Assembly: GCA_033721955.1 (NCBI GenBank)
Contig: JAWVZY010000001.1
Coordinates: 1-38,327, forward strand
From: Candidatus Spechtbacterales bacterium
GTDB taxonomy: Bacteria; Patescibacteriota; Minisyncoccia; Spechtbacterales; 2-12-FULL-38-22
DNA length: 38,327 bases
Reading direction: 5' to 3'
This document shows positions 22,068 to 31,995 of this stretch, one piece after another. Positions within the stretch are counted from its first letter, which is position 1. Each line of letters starts with the position of its first letter. The translations under genes were made by a program, and so were the position numbers. The notes below the pieces were generated by a model that was not told where the DNA came from, ran no database searches, and saw only the letters and a program-made list of their open reading frames with translations.

Positions 22068-24587
22068 TTATTTTTGCTCTTTGAGTATAAGTTTACTGCC
22101 CTTAGTGCTTATTTTTATATTTTTATTTTTTCCACTTAAAATATGCTCTGCAAGACGTTCTTCTATTTCAGTTTCTGTCGCTTTGCGTATTCCTCGCGCC
22201 CCCTTCTGCTTCGTATCTGCTTTTGAAACTATATAGCTGCTGACTCCCGGTGTAAATTCAAGTTTTACAACTCCTTGCATCCTTTTATTTAGGCGGTCTA
22301 AGTGCAGATTAGCTATTTTCTTCAAAGAGTTTTCGCTTAAGGTTTTGAATATCACAATATCATCAAGGCGATTTATTATTTCAACTTTCATTATATCTTT
22401 TAGGTTCTTAAGGGCGCTTGTTTCTGAATTTCTTGAGCTCATATCTTCATAGCCCATACTTTTTACATTGCTAAAAAACTCTGCTCCTACATTTGAGGTA
22501 AGTATTACGAATGTATTTTTAAAATTTGCCTCTCTGCCTTGGGCATCGGTTAAGGAGCCGTTTTCCAGTATTTGCAGCAGGATATTAAATATTTTAGGGT
22601 GCGCTTTTTCTATTTCATCAAACAGTACAACAGAGTAAGGATTTTTACGAACTTTATCAGTAAGTAATCCTGCCTCTTCATATCCTATATAACCCGGAGG
22701 GGCGCCTATAAGACGCGCTATGGTGTGCGGCTCGGAATATTCGGACATATCTAACTTTATAAAGGAGACAGGATCCTTTGAGGTTTTGGGGTCAGTTTCT
22801 GCCATAATGTGTGAAATTATGCGTGCTAATTCTGTTTTGCCCGTACCGCTTGGACCCATAAATAAAAGCGAACCCATGGGCCTTTCATGTGAGCGTACTC
22901 CTGCTCTGCTGCGCCGTATTATTTGAGCTGTTTTTTTAACCGCATCTTTTTGCCCGATGACAAAGTTTTCTATTTTATTTTCAAGTTCAGCAAGGACCTC
23001 GCTTTCACTTTTTGTGAGCTGAGACAGGGGAACTCCCGAAATTTCTGATACAACCTCATACACATCTTTTCTAGATACATTTGGCATAACCTCATTGGTA
23101 TCGGTGTTGCCTAGTTTTTCTATTTTACCTTTGATTATTTCTTGGCGGTTTTTTATCTGCATTGCTTTTTGGTAGTGTTCTTTTTTGAGTGCTTCGTTTT
23201 TTTCTTCGGCAAGCTCCTTTAATTTATTTTTGAATATTTTTAGTTTTTTAATGTCTTTTTTGGGCATTGTGCGAGCACGAGAGAAACTTGCTGCCTCATC
23301 CATAATATCCAGAGCTTTATCCGGCAGTGCTCTGGAGGGTATGTGTTTTATTGAAAGGTCAACACAAAGCTTGGCAATATTTTTTGCTATTTTCACATTA
23401 TGGTGCTGTTCATAAAAGGGCTTGAGGCGTTGCAGTGTTTTTATTGCCTCGCCGGCACTCGGTTCTTGAAGAAATATTTTTTGGAACCTTCTTTCAAGTG
23501 CAGGATCTTTTTCTATTGTCTTTTTATATTCTTCAAATGTTGTAGCTCCTATACACTGAAACGCACCGTTTGCAAGTGCGGGTTTTAGTATATTTGCGGC
23601 ATCAAGAGATCCTTGCGCCGCACCTGCTCCGGGCAAAATGTGTATTTCATCTATAAACAATATTACGTCGTTATCTTGTGCCTCATCCATAATGTCTTTT
23701 ATTCTTTCTTCAAATTCTCCTCTATAGAGAGTCCCTGCTATAAGTGAGCTGAGGTCAAGTGCGTAAATTTGTTTATCTATAATGGTTTGTGGTACATTTC
23801 CCTCCGCTATTTTTTGTGCCAGACCTTCTACCAGTGCGGTTTTTCCCACTCCTGCATCTCCCACCAAAAGGGGATTATTTTTATTTTTACGAGATAATAT
23901 GCGGATTAAACGGTTTAATTCCTGCTCCCTGCCCACAAGGGGTTCTAATTCATTATTGCGTGCTTTGCGTGATATATTTTCTGAAAAAGCGTCTAATGCC
24001 GGCATTTTAGATGATCTGGAAAGTGTTTTTGCATCTCCCATTAACGCTTCTTTGAGTACGTTATCTTCAAAAAGAGCCTCGTCCTTTGCTGTACCTGAAT
24101 TTGTATTGCCTTTTGTGGCATTGAGCAGTTGAGAATCCATAGACAGGTATCCAGCCATTAAGCTATCCAAGTGTTCTTTTATTTTGCGGGCCTTGGCTGG
24201 GCTAACGCTCTTGCTTCTACTTATTGCCCCGTATAGAAGATGCTCTGTTCCTATAAAATAATGATCCTGGTCCATGGCGTAGCTTGCCGCTTTTTTAAGG
24301 GACTTCTTGTATGATGCTCCAAGTGCATTAGGCGTTTTATTTTTTTCTGTATTTTGGGAATTATTTTTGAGTTTTTTTAATAAATGCGCCTGCTTTACAT
24401 CGTTTGCCGCTAAAATATTTCCCGCAATGGAACCTTTTTCATGGGCAAGTGCGTATACAAGATGAGACGCTGTAACCTTGCCCACCTCTCCTTTATCGGG
24501 ATATTGTGCCGATATTTTAAAAGAGGCGGCGATGGCGTTTTTTGCTCGTTTTGTAAGATATTTATCGAGTTTTTTTGGTATATTCAT
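22068..24587 (-). CDS. clpC: Class I Clp/Hsp100 AAA+ chaperone, ClpC-like
   Basis: Clp_N repeats, D1 Walker A GDAGVGKT, a short coiled-coil middle region and D2 Walker A GPSGTGKT. Also present are GAPPGYIGYEE and LFDEIEKAHP. The start is taken at MNIPKK (24587); the ORF-track extension to 24698 has no support. Confidence 0.85.
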   Translation of the reverse strand: MNIPKKLDKYLTKRAKNAIAASFKISAQYPDKGEVGKVTASHLVYALAHEKGSIAGNILAANDVKQAHLLKKLKNNSQNTEKNKTPNALGASYKKSLKKAASYAMDQDHYFIGTEHLLYGAISRSKSVSPAKARKIKEHLDSLMAGYLSMDSQLLNATKGNTNSGTAKDEALFEDNVLKEALMGDAKTLSRSSKMPALDAFSENISRKARNNELEPLVGREQELNRLIRILSRKNKNNPLLVGDAGVGKTALVEGLAQKIAEGNVPQTIIDKQIYALDLSSLIAGTLYRGEFEERIKDIMDEAQDNDVILFIDEIHILPGAGAAQGSLDAANILKPALANGAFQCIGATTFEEYKKTIEKDPALERRFQKIFLQEPSAGEAIKTLQRLKPFYEQHHNVKIAKNIAKLCVDLSIKHIPSRALPDKALDIMDEAASFSRARTMPKKDIKKLKIFKNKLKELAEEKNEALKKEHYQKAMQIKNRQEIIKGKIEKLGNTDTNEVMPNVSRKDVYEVVSEISGVPLSQLTKSESEVLAELENKIENFVIGQKDAVKKTAQIIRRSRAGVRSHERPMGSLLFMGPSGTGKTELARIISHIMAETDPKTSKDPVSFIKLDMSEYSEPHTIARLIGAPPGYIGYEEAGLLTDKVRKNPYSVVLFDEIEKAHPKIFNILLQILENGSLTDAQGREANFKNTFVILTSNVGAEFFSNVKSMGYEDMSSRNSETSALKNLKDIMKVEIINRLDDIVIFKTLSENSLKKIANLHLDRLNKRMQGVVKLEFTPGVSSYIVSKADTKQKGARGIRKATETEIEERLAEHILSGKNKNIKISTKGSKLILKEQK

Positions 24588-24732
24588 ATAGTTATTATAG
24601 CACCTTAAGATGAAGATCTGTGTTTTCTGGTGTGGATTAAAATAATAGCTAATCTTTTGGGTTATTGTTATAATAAAAACATGAAAAGTCAACCCCAAAT
24701 AAAATTAAAAAGCCAGGGGTAATTTTTGCTAT

Positions 24733-25773
24733 ATGATCTGGAATCCATTTGCGAAAAAAAGCTATAAATACAAGCTGGGTATAGATATAGGAACTTCTTC
24801 TCTTAAGGTAGTAGAGTTATTGCAAAAAGGAGGGGATATTTACTTAAATAATTATGCTCAGTTTTACTCAAAGGCAAACTATATTACGGCACGCTCCGGT
24901 TCTTATAATATATTAGATTCTCAGGTAGCCAGTATTTTAAACCATCTTTTTAGCAAAGCTGAATTTGCAGGCCGTGAGGCAGCTATGGCTTTGCCGGTAT
25001 TTTCAAGTTTTTCAACTATTATTGATTTGCCCGCTATGGCTGAGGAAGAGTTGGAAAATGCTGTTCGTTTTGAGGCCAGAAAATATATTCCTTTGCCAAT
25101 TGGCGAGGTACAGTTTGATTGGGCTAAGGTAGATCATTTATCAACTTCTGATAGAACAAAAATTCTGACAGTGGCGGTTCCTAATGAAATTGTGGAGAAA
25201 TATAATAGAATTGCTGAGCTTGCCGGAATTGAGCTTACAAACATTGAGCTTGAAACATTTAGTGCCGCCCGCGCCCTTGTGGACTCAGATCCGGATCCGG
25301 TAGCTATTTTAGATATAGGCGCCAGGACCACAGATGTAAGTATAGTAGATGGAGGTACTGTTGTTATGCACCATAATATAGATTCAGGCGGTTCTAAATT
25401 TATACAGGTTATAGCTCGCGGCATGTCTATTGACCACAATAGAGCTAAAGAATTAAAAAATCGAAATGGCATACAGGAAGCTTCAGGCCAGGTAGCAGAG
25501 CTTATACGTCCGTCTATAGATAAAATAATTCTTGAAGTAGAGCAGCTTATTGAAGATTATGTAAGGGAAGGAGGCAGAAAAGTTGCGCGTATTATATTGA
25601 GCGGAGGGGAGGCTGATATGCCCGGACTTGTTGAATACTTTAATAGTTCACTTGGTATTAAGGCAGAAAAAGGAGATCCTTTCCGCAATATTATGGTGCC
25701 CCCGGAGCTTGAGCAGTTTTTAGGCGAAACAGGCGCGGAGTTTACAGTGGCTATAGGGCTAGCTTTACGTTAA
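24733..25773 (+). CDS. pilM: Type IV pilus assembly protein PilM (actin-like ATPase fold)
   Basis: LGIDIGTSSLKVVEL N-terminus, 346 aa, at the head of the pilus locus. Confidence 0.85.
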   Translation: MIWNPFAKKSYKYKLGIDIGTSSLKVVELLQKGGDIYLNNYAQFYSKANYITARSGSYNILDSQVASILNHLFSKAEFAGREAAMALPVFSSFSTIIDLPAMAEEELENAVRFEARKYIPLPIGEVQFDWAKVDHLSTSDRTKILTVAVPNEIVEKYNRIAELAGIELTNIELETFSAARALVDSDPDPVAILDIGARTTDVSIVDGGTVVMHHNIDSGGSKFIQVIARGMSIDHNRAKELKNRNGIQEASGQVAELIRPSIDKIILEVEQLIEDYVREGGRKVARIILSGGEADMPGLVEYFNSSLGIKAEKGDPFRNIMVPPELEQFLGETGAEFTVAIGLALR

Positions 25774-25788
25774 TTTCAATCTTTTGTT

Positions 25789-26346
25789 ATGGCTATATCA
25801 CTTATTCCAACAAAAAAACGCAGGGGACCCGCTTCAGGATTATTTGACGACCTTAGGACATATGCTAAAGATTTCCTGCCGGGCTTTGCGGTTATAGCAG
25901 TGGTATTTGTTATTTATCTTGTTACCTCCCTTTGGTTTAACGATATTAATAATGAATATAATGAATTACAAAACGAAAAGGATAAGTTATTTGAACAATT
26001 AAAAGCGGGGGCTGCTTCATCGCAAGCAGAAGAACTTGTTTCGCGTGCTCGTGCTATTGAAAAAATAATAAGTAATCATACCTTAAGCTCTAAAGCATTT
26101 GGTCCATTTGAAGAATCTGCTCATCCTGAGATAAGAGTTACTGATATGAGTTTTAATATCAGCGCCGGCGAACTTTCCTTAATAGGAACAGCTCCAAATC
26201 TGGAAGCATTGGGCGAGCAATTCATTATATGGAGGGATGAGACACTGTATTTAAATGATGCAGATCTGGGTAACTTTTTGAAAGATGAAGAAGGTATTGT
26301 TAATTTCAATGCGACTTTAAAAGTTAAAGAGGATTATTTTAAATAA
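25789..26346 (+). CDS. PilN-like bitopic pilus alignment protein
   Basis: A single TM helix followed by a coiled-coil region, positioned after pilM. The assignment rests on position and topology. Confidence 0.5.
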   Translation: MAISLIPTKKRRGPASGLFDDLRTYAKDFLPGFAVIAVVFVIYLVTSLWFNDINNEYNELQNEKDKLFEQLKAGAASSQAEELVSRARAIEKIISNHTLSSKAFGPFEESAHPEIRVTDMSFNISAGELSLIGTAPNLEALGEQFIIWRDETLYLNDADLGNFLKDEEGIVNFNATLKVKEDYFK

Positions 26347-26349
26347 AAG

Positions 26350-26901
26350 ATGAATACAAGGTCAATAATATTTTTTATTTCAGTTGTGATGGCGGTAGCT
26401 TTTGCATGGTTTTTTATTCTACCTTCGTTGCAAAGTATTGACGCTGCCCAAAAGGCAGTAGAAATAATAAAAGGTGATATTGAAGTTTTGATGGCAGCAA
26501 ATAATGAACTTCAAGAGGCCAGTTCCTTTCTTGGGAGTATTTCTGAAGAAGAAAGAGAACTTATGGAACTAGCGGTTCCTGGTAGCTCAGATAGGGTAAA
26601 TGCTGCGGTGTTAATTGAGAGTATAGCCGAGGATAATGGATTGAGCGTGGATGATATTGTGGTTGGCATAGGGCAGGACAGCTCTAGCAAGGGTGAGATG
26701 ATTGGCCTTGTGCCGGTATCTATGAATGCTACCGGTAGCTATTTTTCTATTAAGGCCTTCATTATTCGCCTTGAGAAATCTTTGAGAATATTTGATGTAA
26801 ATGCTATTAAAATAACCCCTGTAGAGGAAAGTGACAACTTGTTAACATTAGAAATTGCAGGCAGTGTTTACTATGTAGATGCTGGAACTTCTAATAAATA
26901 A
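26350..26901 (+). CDS. PilO-like bitopic pilus alignment protein
   Basis: An N-terminal TM helix, a coiled coil and a C-terminal mixed domain, positioned after the pilN-like gene. Confidence 0.5.
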   Translation: MNTRSIIFFISVVMAVAFAWFFILPSLQSIDAAQKAVEIIKGDIEVLMAANNELQEASSFLGSISEEERELMELAVPGSSDRVNAAVLIESIAEDNGLSVDDIVVGIGQDSSSKGEMIGLVPVSMNATGSYFSIKAFIIRLEKSLRIFDVNAIKITPVEESDNLLTLEIAGSVYYVDAGTSNK

Positions 26902-26904
26902 AAT

Positions 26905-27309
26905 ATGGCAAATATATCTATTTCTCAAAATAAAAAAAGAACAAAACAGCTTATGCCGCTGGTTTTAGGGATAATTATATTGGGCGCTATTTTTCTTTTA
27001 GTGGTTCTTCAGGGGGGTGCAGAAGGTCCAGAGGTATTTCAACAGGCCGAAGTTGCCTCTGTAAGTATACAGAAGCAGGCAAACGATATTAAAAGGGATG
27101 CTCAGATACCTCAAGGGTTTTTCGGCGATGAGCTTCTTGGGCAATTTATTCCTTATGAGCCTATAACAATACCTGATCAGTGGGGTAAGTCGAACCCGTT
27201 TCTTTTAGAAAATCCTGAAGATGAGAATGTAGAAATAGAAGACCAGGATATAGAAGAATCTCCTCCGGAACAACCTGAAGAAACAGCAGATGAGCAACCA
27301 TCCCAATAG
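26905..27309 (+). CDS. Hypothetical bitopic protein with a highly acidic C-terminal tail
   Basis: One TM helix (LMPLVLGIIILGAIFLLVVL) and a tail ENPEDENVEIEDQDIEESPPEQPEETADEQ. It occupies the slot where pilP sits in diderm loci. Confidence 0.45.
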   Translation: MANISISQNKKRTKQLMPLVLGIIILGAIFLLVVLQGGAEGPEVFQQAEVASVSIQKQANDIKRDAQIPQGFFGDELLGQFIPYEPITIPDQWGKSNPFLLENPEDENVEIEDQDIEESPPEQPEETADEQPSQ

Positions 27310-27330
27310 ATTACTTAATTATCTAATCTG

Positions 27331-29076
27331 ATGACATCATTTGAAGAAAAACTTATTTCTGTTCTTTTAGAGAATGGAACGATCACAGATACGCAAGCAA
27401 AAGAGGTTAGAGAAAAATCTGACTCCTCACCCCTGAGTTTTGAGGAGTATTTAGTAAAGAAGTTTAAAGTAGAGAGCGAAGATATAGTGAGGGCAAAAGC
27501 TAAGCTTGGAGAAGTCCCCGCCTGGACATATGATGAGACAAAGCCAATCCCAAAGGAGATACTTAAGCTTATCCCCCAGGAAGCGGCAGAGCAGTACCAT
27601 ATGGTACCTCTTGAGAAAAAAGGTAAAGAACTTGTGGTAGGAATGGTTGATCCCACAAATATAAAATCTCAACAAGCTGTGAGATTTATATTGTTGCGCA
27701 GTGACTTCACTCCGTCGGTAGTGGCAATAAGTGAAGCTAATTTTAAAAAGATACTTTCTTTATATAGTGGCCTTAAAGTAGAGGTAAAAAGTGCGTTGAA
27801 GGAAATAGAGAAGAGCATGGAGGAAGAGAAGAAGACTGGAGCAGCAGTGCCTCAGAGGGCTGAAGAAATGCAAGAGAGTCCTGTTACAAAGATTGTGGCG
27901 GTAATTTTAAAACATGCAATTGATGGAAATGCCTCAGACATACATATAGAGCCAATGAGAGAACAGACAAAGGTACGGTTTAGGGTGGATGGTGTTTTGT
28001 ATCCGAGTATATTTCTTCCCTCTACTGTGCATAATTCAATAGTGGCAAGAGTAAAAATACTTTCTAATTTGCGCCTTGATGAATCTCGAGTGCCTCAGGA
28101 TGGTAGATTTGGAACACAGGTTAACGGCAAACAAATAGATTTTCGTGTGTCGACTTTTCCAACAAACACTGGAGAAAAGGTTGTAATGCGTGTCTTGGAT
28201 CCTTCAACCGCTGTTTTGTCTTTTGAGGACTTGGGGTTAATAGGGGAGAATAGAAGGAGGATGGAGTGGGCTTTGCGCCAACCTTTTGGAATGATAATTG
28301 TTTCAGGTCCTACCGGTTCAGGTAAGACGACTACGCTTTATGCGGCACTGGGCAAGGTTAACACAGATGACGTAAACATAGTAAGCTTGGAGGATCCCGT
28401 AGAGTACTATATTGAAGGCGTAAGCCAATCGCAGGTAAAACCTGAAATTGACTACACCTTTGCATCTGGCTTGCGTTCTATTTTACGTCAGGACCCCGAT
28501 ATTATAATGGTAGGTGAGATTCGTGACGGTGAGACAGCCCGCCTTGGCGTACAAGCAGCCCTGACAGGTCACCTTGTATTTTCAACGGTTCACACCAATG
28601 ATGCTATGGGCGTTATTCCTCGTCTTGTTGATTTAGACGTTGAGCCGTTTCTATTGCCCAGTTCGGTCACTCTTGCTATAGCTCAAAGATTGGTAGGCAG
28701 GCTGTGTAATTATTGTAAAAAAGAATATACTGCAACACCTAAGGTGGCTAATATGATAGAGGAAGAATTAGGCAAGCTTCCGGCCGAATCATTAAAGGAT
28801 TTTGATATACAAAAGCCATATAAGTTGTGGCAATCAGAAGGATGCCCTAAGTGTAATAATAAAAGAACAAAAGGAAGAATAGGAATTTATGAGATGTTGC
28901 AAATGACAGATGAGCTAAAAAGGATTATACTGGAACAGGAGGCTGAGGCTTTGGCCATAGAAGAAGAGGCAAAGCGCCAGGGCATGATATCTATGCGTCA
29001 AGATGGTGTAATAAAAGCATTAATGGGCGTTGTAGCACTTGAAGATGTGTTGCGCGTCGTTGAAGAGCAAATATAA
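27331..29076 (+). CDS. pilB: Type IV pilus assembly ATPase PilB (GspE family)
   Basis: T2SSE N-terminal domain, Walker A GPTGSGKTT and a tetracysteine CNYC...CPKC motif. Confidence 0.9.
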   Translation: MTSFEEKLISVLLENGTITDTQAKEVREKSDSSPLSFEEYLVKKFKVESEDIVRAKAKLGEVPAWTYDETKPIPKEILKLIPQEAAEQYHMVPLEKKGKELVVGMVDPTNIKSQQAVRFILLRSDFTPSVVAISEANFKKILSLYSGLKVEVKSALKEIEKSMEEEKKTGAAVPQRAEEMQESPVTKIVAVILKHAIDGNASDIHIEPMREQTKVRFRVDGVLYPSIFLPSTVHNSIVARVKILSNLRLDESRVPQDGRFGTQVNGKQIDFRVSTFPTNTGEKVVMRVLDPSTAVLSFEDLGLIGENRRRMEWALRQPFGMIIVSGPTGSGKTTTLYAALGKVNTDDVNIVSLEDPVEYYIEGVSQSQVKPEIDYTFASGLRSILRQDPDIIMVGEIRDGETARLGVQAALTGHLVFSTVHTNDAMGVIPRLVDLDVEPFLLPSSVTLAIAQRLVGRLCNYCKKEYTATPKVANMIEEELGKLPAESLKDFDIQKPYKLWQSEGCPKCNNKRTKGRIGIYEMLQMTDELKRIILEQEAEALAIEEEAKRQGMISMRQDGVIKALMGVVALEDVLRVVEEQI

Positions 29077-29192
29077 AGTTAAATTTAACAAATATTTAGT
29101 GTGAGCTTGGTGGGCTTATCGAATATCCAGATTGTCGATAAAATTACTGTTAAGCTTATCCATCGCAGATGGACTCACTAATCATTTATTCT

Positions 29193-29564
29193 ATGCCTAA
29201 AAAAATTATATTAGTAGAGGATGACCCTTTCTTGTCAGAAATTTATATTACTAAATTTGAAGAAGCCGGTTACGTTGTAGAGGTAGCTGATGATGGCGAA
29301 GAAGGTCTTGAAAAAATTAAAAGCGGAAAGCCCGATATTATCCTTTTAGATATTATATTACCCAAGCTTACGGGACTTGAGATTATGGAAGCTTTGCAAA
29401 AAGATGGCACTCTTGAAAATACCCCTGTTATAGTGCTTAGCAATCTTGGCTCGGATGAAGATGTAAAAAAAGCTATGGATATGGGTGCCAGGGGATATTT
29501 GGTAAAAAGCCAATATACGCCCAGTGAAGTCGTAGCTCGGGTTGAAGATATGATAAATAAATAA
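29193..29564 (+). CDS. Single-domain response regulator (CheY-like receiver)
   Basis: ILVEDD, the phospho-acceptor context IILLDIILP, VLSNL and YLVKS. There is no output domain. The start is taken at MPKKIIL (29193). Confidence 0.85.
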   Translation: MPKKIILVEDDPFLSEIYITKFEEAGYVVEVADDGEEGLEKIKSGKPDIILLDIILPKLTGLEIMEALQKDGTLENTPVIVLSNLGSDEDVKKAMDMGARGYLVKSQYTPSEVVARVEDMINK

Positions 29565-29574
29565 AATAATAAAT

Positions 29575-30645
29575 ATGGCTAACTACGAACAAAAATTATT
29601 TGAACTTCTTGAAACTGTGGCGCGTCAAAACGCCTCTGACCTCCATTTATCGGCGGGGCGTATACCTACTTTGCGAATAGATGGAAGCTTAGTGCCCATT
29701 AAAAAGGGCGATATTTTAAAGCCCGAAGACACAGAGGGCTTGGCTGATGTGATGCTAAACGATATACAGAAGAAAGAACTTGAGGAAAATCGCGCTGTTG
29801 ACTTGTCTTATGCTTATAAAAACATAGCTCGTTTTCGTGTTAACGCGTATTATCAGTTTAATACTATATCAATAGCTCTACGTTTTATCCCAGCCAATAT
29901 ACGCACCTTGGATGAATTAAGTTTGCCTGATACTTTGCATCGCTTTGCCAAATATCAGCAGGGCTTGGTTTTAGTAACAGGTCCGGCCGGACATGGAAAA
30001 TCAACTTCGCTCGCTGCTATTATAGATGAGATAAACAACACTAGAACAGAGCATATTATAACTATTGAAGATCCCATAGAGTATATTTTCACTCAAAATC
30101 GATGCATTATTGACCAGAGAGAAGTGGGTCGTGATACGCCTAATTTTACAACAGCGCTTCGCGATTCTTTTCGCCAAGACCCCGACGTTATTATGCTGGG
30201 AGAGATGAGGGACGCTGAAACAATTTCCACCGCCATAACGGCGGCAGAAACAGGCCACCTTATTTTTGGCACGCTTCACACAAATAATGCATCTCAGTCG
30301 ATAGACAGAATAATAGACAGCTTTCCTCCTAACCAGCAGGGCCAAATTAGGGCGCAACTCGCTTTAACACTTGTGGGCGTTGTATCTCAGCGTCTTTTGC
30401 CAAGAATTGACGGAGGGCGTATTCCGGCCATCGAACTCTTATTGGCTAATGCAGCTGTACGCAATCTTATACGCGAGAACAAAGTACACGAGCTTCCGCT
30501 TGTCATAGAGACAAGTGCTGATGAAGGCATGATATCCATGAATAGATATTTAGCAGATCTCATAAAGCAGGGCGATATTTCTGCTGATATAGCAGAAAAT
30601 TATTCGCTGAATCCGGCGGAACTTAAGATGTTAATTAATAAATAA
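29575..30645 (+). CDS. pilT: Type IV pilus retraction ATPase PilT
   Basis: ASDLHL, Walker A GPAGHGKST and the PilT signature AVRNLIRENK. Confidence 0.9.
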   Translation: MANYEQKLFELLETVARQNASDLHLSAGRIPTLRIDGSLVPIKKGDILKPEDTEGLADVMLNDIQKKELEENRAVDLSYAYKNIARFRVNAYYQFNTISIALRFIPANIRTLDELSLPDTLHRFAKYQQGLVLVTGPAGHGKSTSLAAIIDEINNTRTEHIITIEDPIEYIFTQNRCIIDQREVGRDTPNFTTALRDSFRQDPDVIMLGEMRDAETISTAITAAETGHLIFGTLHTNNASQSIDRIIDSFPPNQQGQIRAQLALTLVGVVSQRLLPRIDGGRIPAIELLLANAAVRNLIRENKVHELPLVIETSADEGMISMNRYLADLIKQGDISADIAENYSLNPAELKMLINK

Positions 30646-30658
30646 ACAAACAAGCATT

Positions 30659-31867
30659 ATGCCTTTATTTGAGTATGAGGCGCGTACAAAAGAAGGCGAA
30701 ACGCAGGTTGGGCGCGTTGAGGCAGTGAATAGAGAGGCGGCGCTTGAAATATTACAGCGCCATAGTTTAGTGATTATCAACCTCGAATCCATAGAAGAAA
30801 GGCCGATCTTTCAAAAAAGGATCGCCTTTTTTGAGCGTGTAAATAAAAAAGAGGTTTCTATTTTTTCTCGTCAGCTTTCTACTTTGTTTAAGGCATCTGT
30901 GCCCCTTGTGGTATCTGTAAGAACTCTTGCTAAGCAAACCGAGAATCCAAAATTCAAAGAAGCTTTGTTGAATGTCGCCTCAAATGTTGACGGAGGTATG
31001 CCTTTTTCACAGGCCTTAGAGGAGCATGAGGATATTTTTTCTAACTTTTATGTCCAGATGATACGCGCGGGAGAGGAGTCCGGAACGCTTGAGCAGGTAT
31101 TAAGTTATTTGGCCCAATATACAGAAAGAGATTATTATATTGTATCTAAAATACGAGGTGCTATGACTTATCCCGCGTTTATTATAGGAGTTTTTGGCAT
31201 TGTTGGAATTGGAATGCTTGTGTTTGTAGTACCCAACCTTCTTGATGTTTTGGATCAGCAGGGCGCTGAACTTCCTGCGCTTACAAAAGGTATAGCTTTT
31301 CTTTCTGACTTAGTTCGCACAAGATGGCCAATTTTAGCAATAGGCCTGCCAGCTCTATTAGTCGGAGCTTGGAGGTTTACTAAAACACCTACAGGCCAAG
31401 ATACATGGGGCAAGGTTCAATTGAAGATGCCCGTATTTGGCAAGCTGTTTAAAAATATATATATGTTTCGTTTTTCCAGTTCTTTTGGCATGCTTGTTAA
31501 GGGAGGTATTCCCGTAAATCGCGCCCTTGAGATAACATCTAATGTTATAGATAACGCCGTTTATAAAGAAATTGTTATGAGCGCTCAGGATAAGGTAAGC
31601 AAGGGGGAGAGTATAGCTAAAACACTTGAGGAATATGAACAAGTGGATGTTATGGTAACGCAGATGATAGCTGTAGGAGAAAAGACGGGTAAACTTAGTG
31701 AAATACTTGAAAATGTTTCTGATTTTTATCAAAGCGAAATAAGCAACACCATTGAGAATCTGGTGGCTCTTATAGAACCTATAATGATAGTTTTGCTTGG
31801 GCTTGCAGTAGCTTTGCTGGTGGCAGGTATACTTTTGCCTATTTACAACAGTGTTGGCTCATTTTAG
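30659..31867 (+). CDS. pilC: Type IV pilus platform protein PilC (GspF family)
   Basis: 402 aa with a duplicated GspF-type domain and three TM segments. Confidence 0.88.
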   Translation: MPLFEYEARTKEGETQVGRVEAVNREAALEILQRHSLVIINLESIEERPIFQKRIAFFERVNKKEVSIFSRQLSTLFKASVPLVVSVRTLAKQTENPKFKEALLNVASNVDGGMPFSQALEEHEDIFSNFYVQMIRAGEESGTLEQVLSYLAQYTERDYYIVSKIRGAMTYPAFIIGVFGIVGIGMLVFVVPNLLDVLDQQGAELPALTKGIAFLSDLVRTRWPILAIGLPALLVGAWRFTKTPTGQDTWGKVQLKMPVFGKLFKNIYMFRFSSSFGMLVKGGIPVNRALEITSNVIDNAVYKEIVMSAQDKVSKGESIAKTLEEYEQVDVMVTQMIAVGEKTGKLSEILENVSDFYQSEISNTIENLVALIEPIMIVLLGLAVALLVAGILLPIYNSVGSF

Positions 31868-31887
31868 TTTCCTGTGGATTATTTTAT

Positions 31888-31915
31888 TTGTTTGGCTTGC
31901 ATAAAAAGTTATAAT
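31888..31915 (+). promoter_or_regulatory. Putative promoter for the major pilin gene
   Basis: TTGTTT, 16 nt, TATAAT (31910-31915). This would give a leader of about 75 nt. Confidence 0.35.
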
Positions 31916-31995
31916 GGTTTTATAGGGGCAAATTGCCTTGAATAACAATTATCAAAAGGTCGGTACTGACACTAAGCTTAAAAAGAAAAGCATAT

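Noticed and set aside
24588-24698. 37-codon upstream extension of the clpC-like ORF
   Set aside because: The extension is hydrophobic nonsense (MGLTFHVFIITITQK...). The Clp_N domain begins at MNIPKK (24587).
31891-31902. Sigma54-like tggc...ttgc upstream of the pilin gene
   Set aside because: GG and GC are only 4-5 nt apart instead of the required spacing of about 10 nt, so this is not a -24/-12 promoter.
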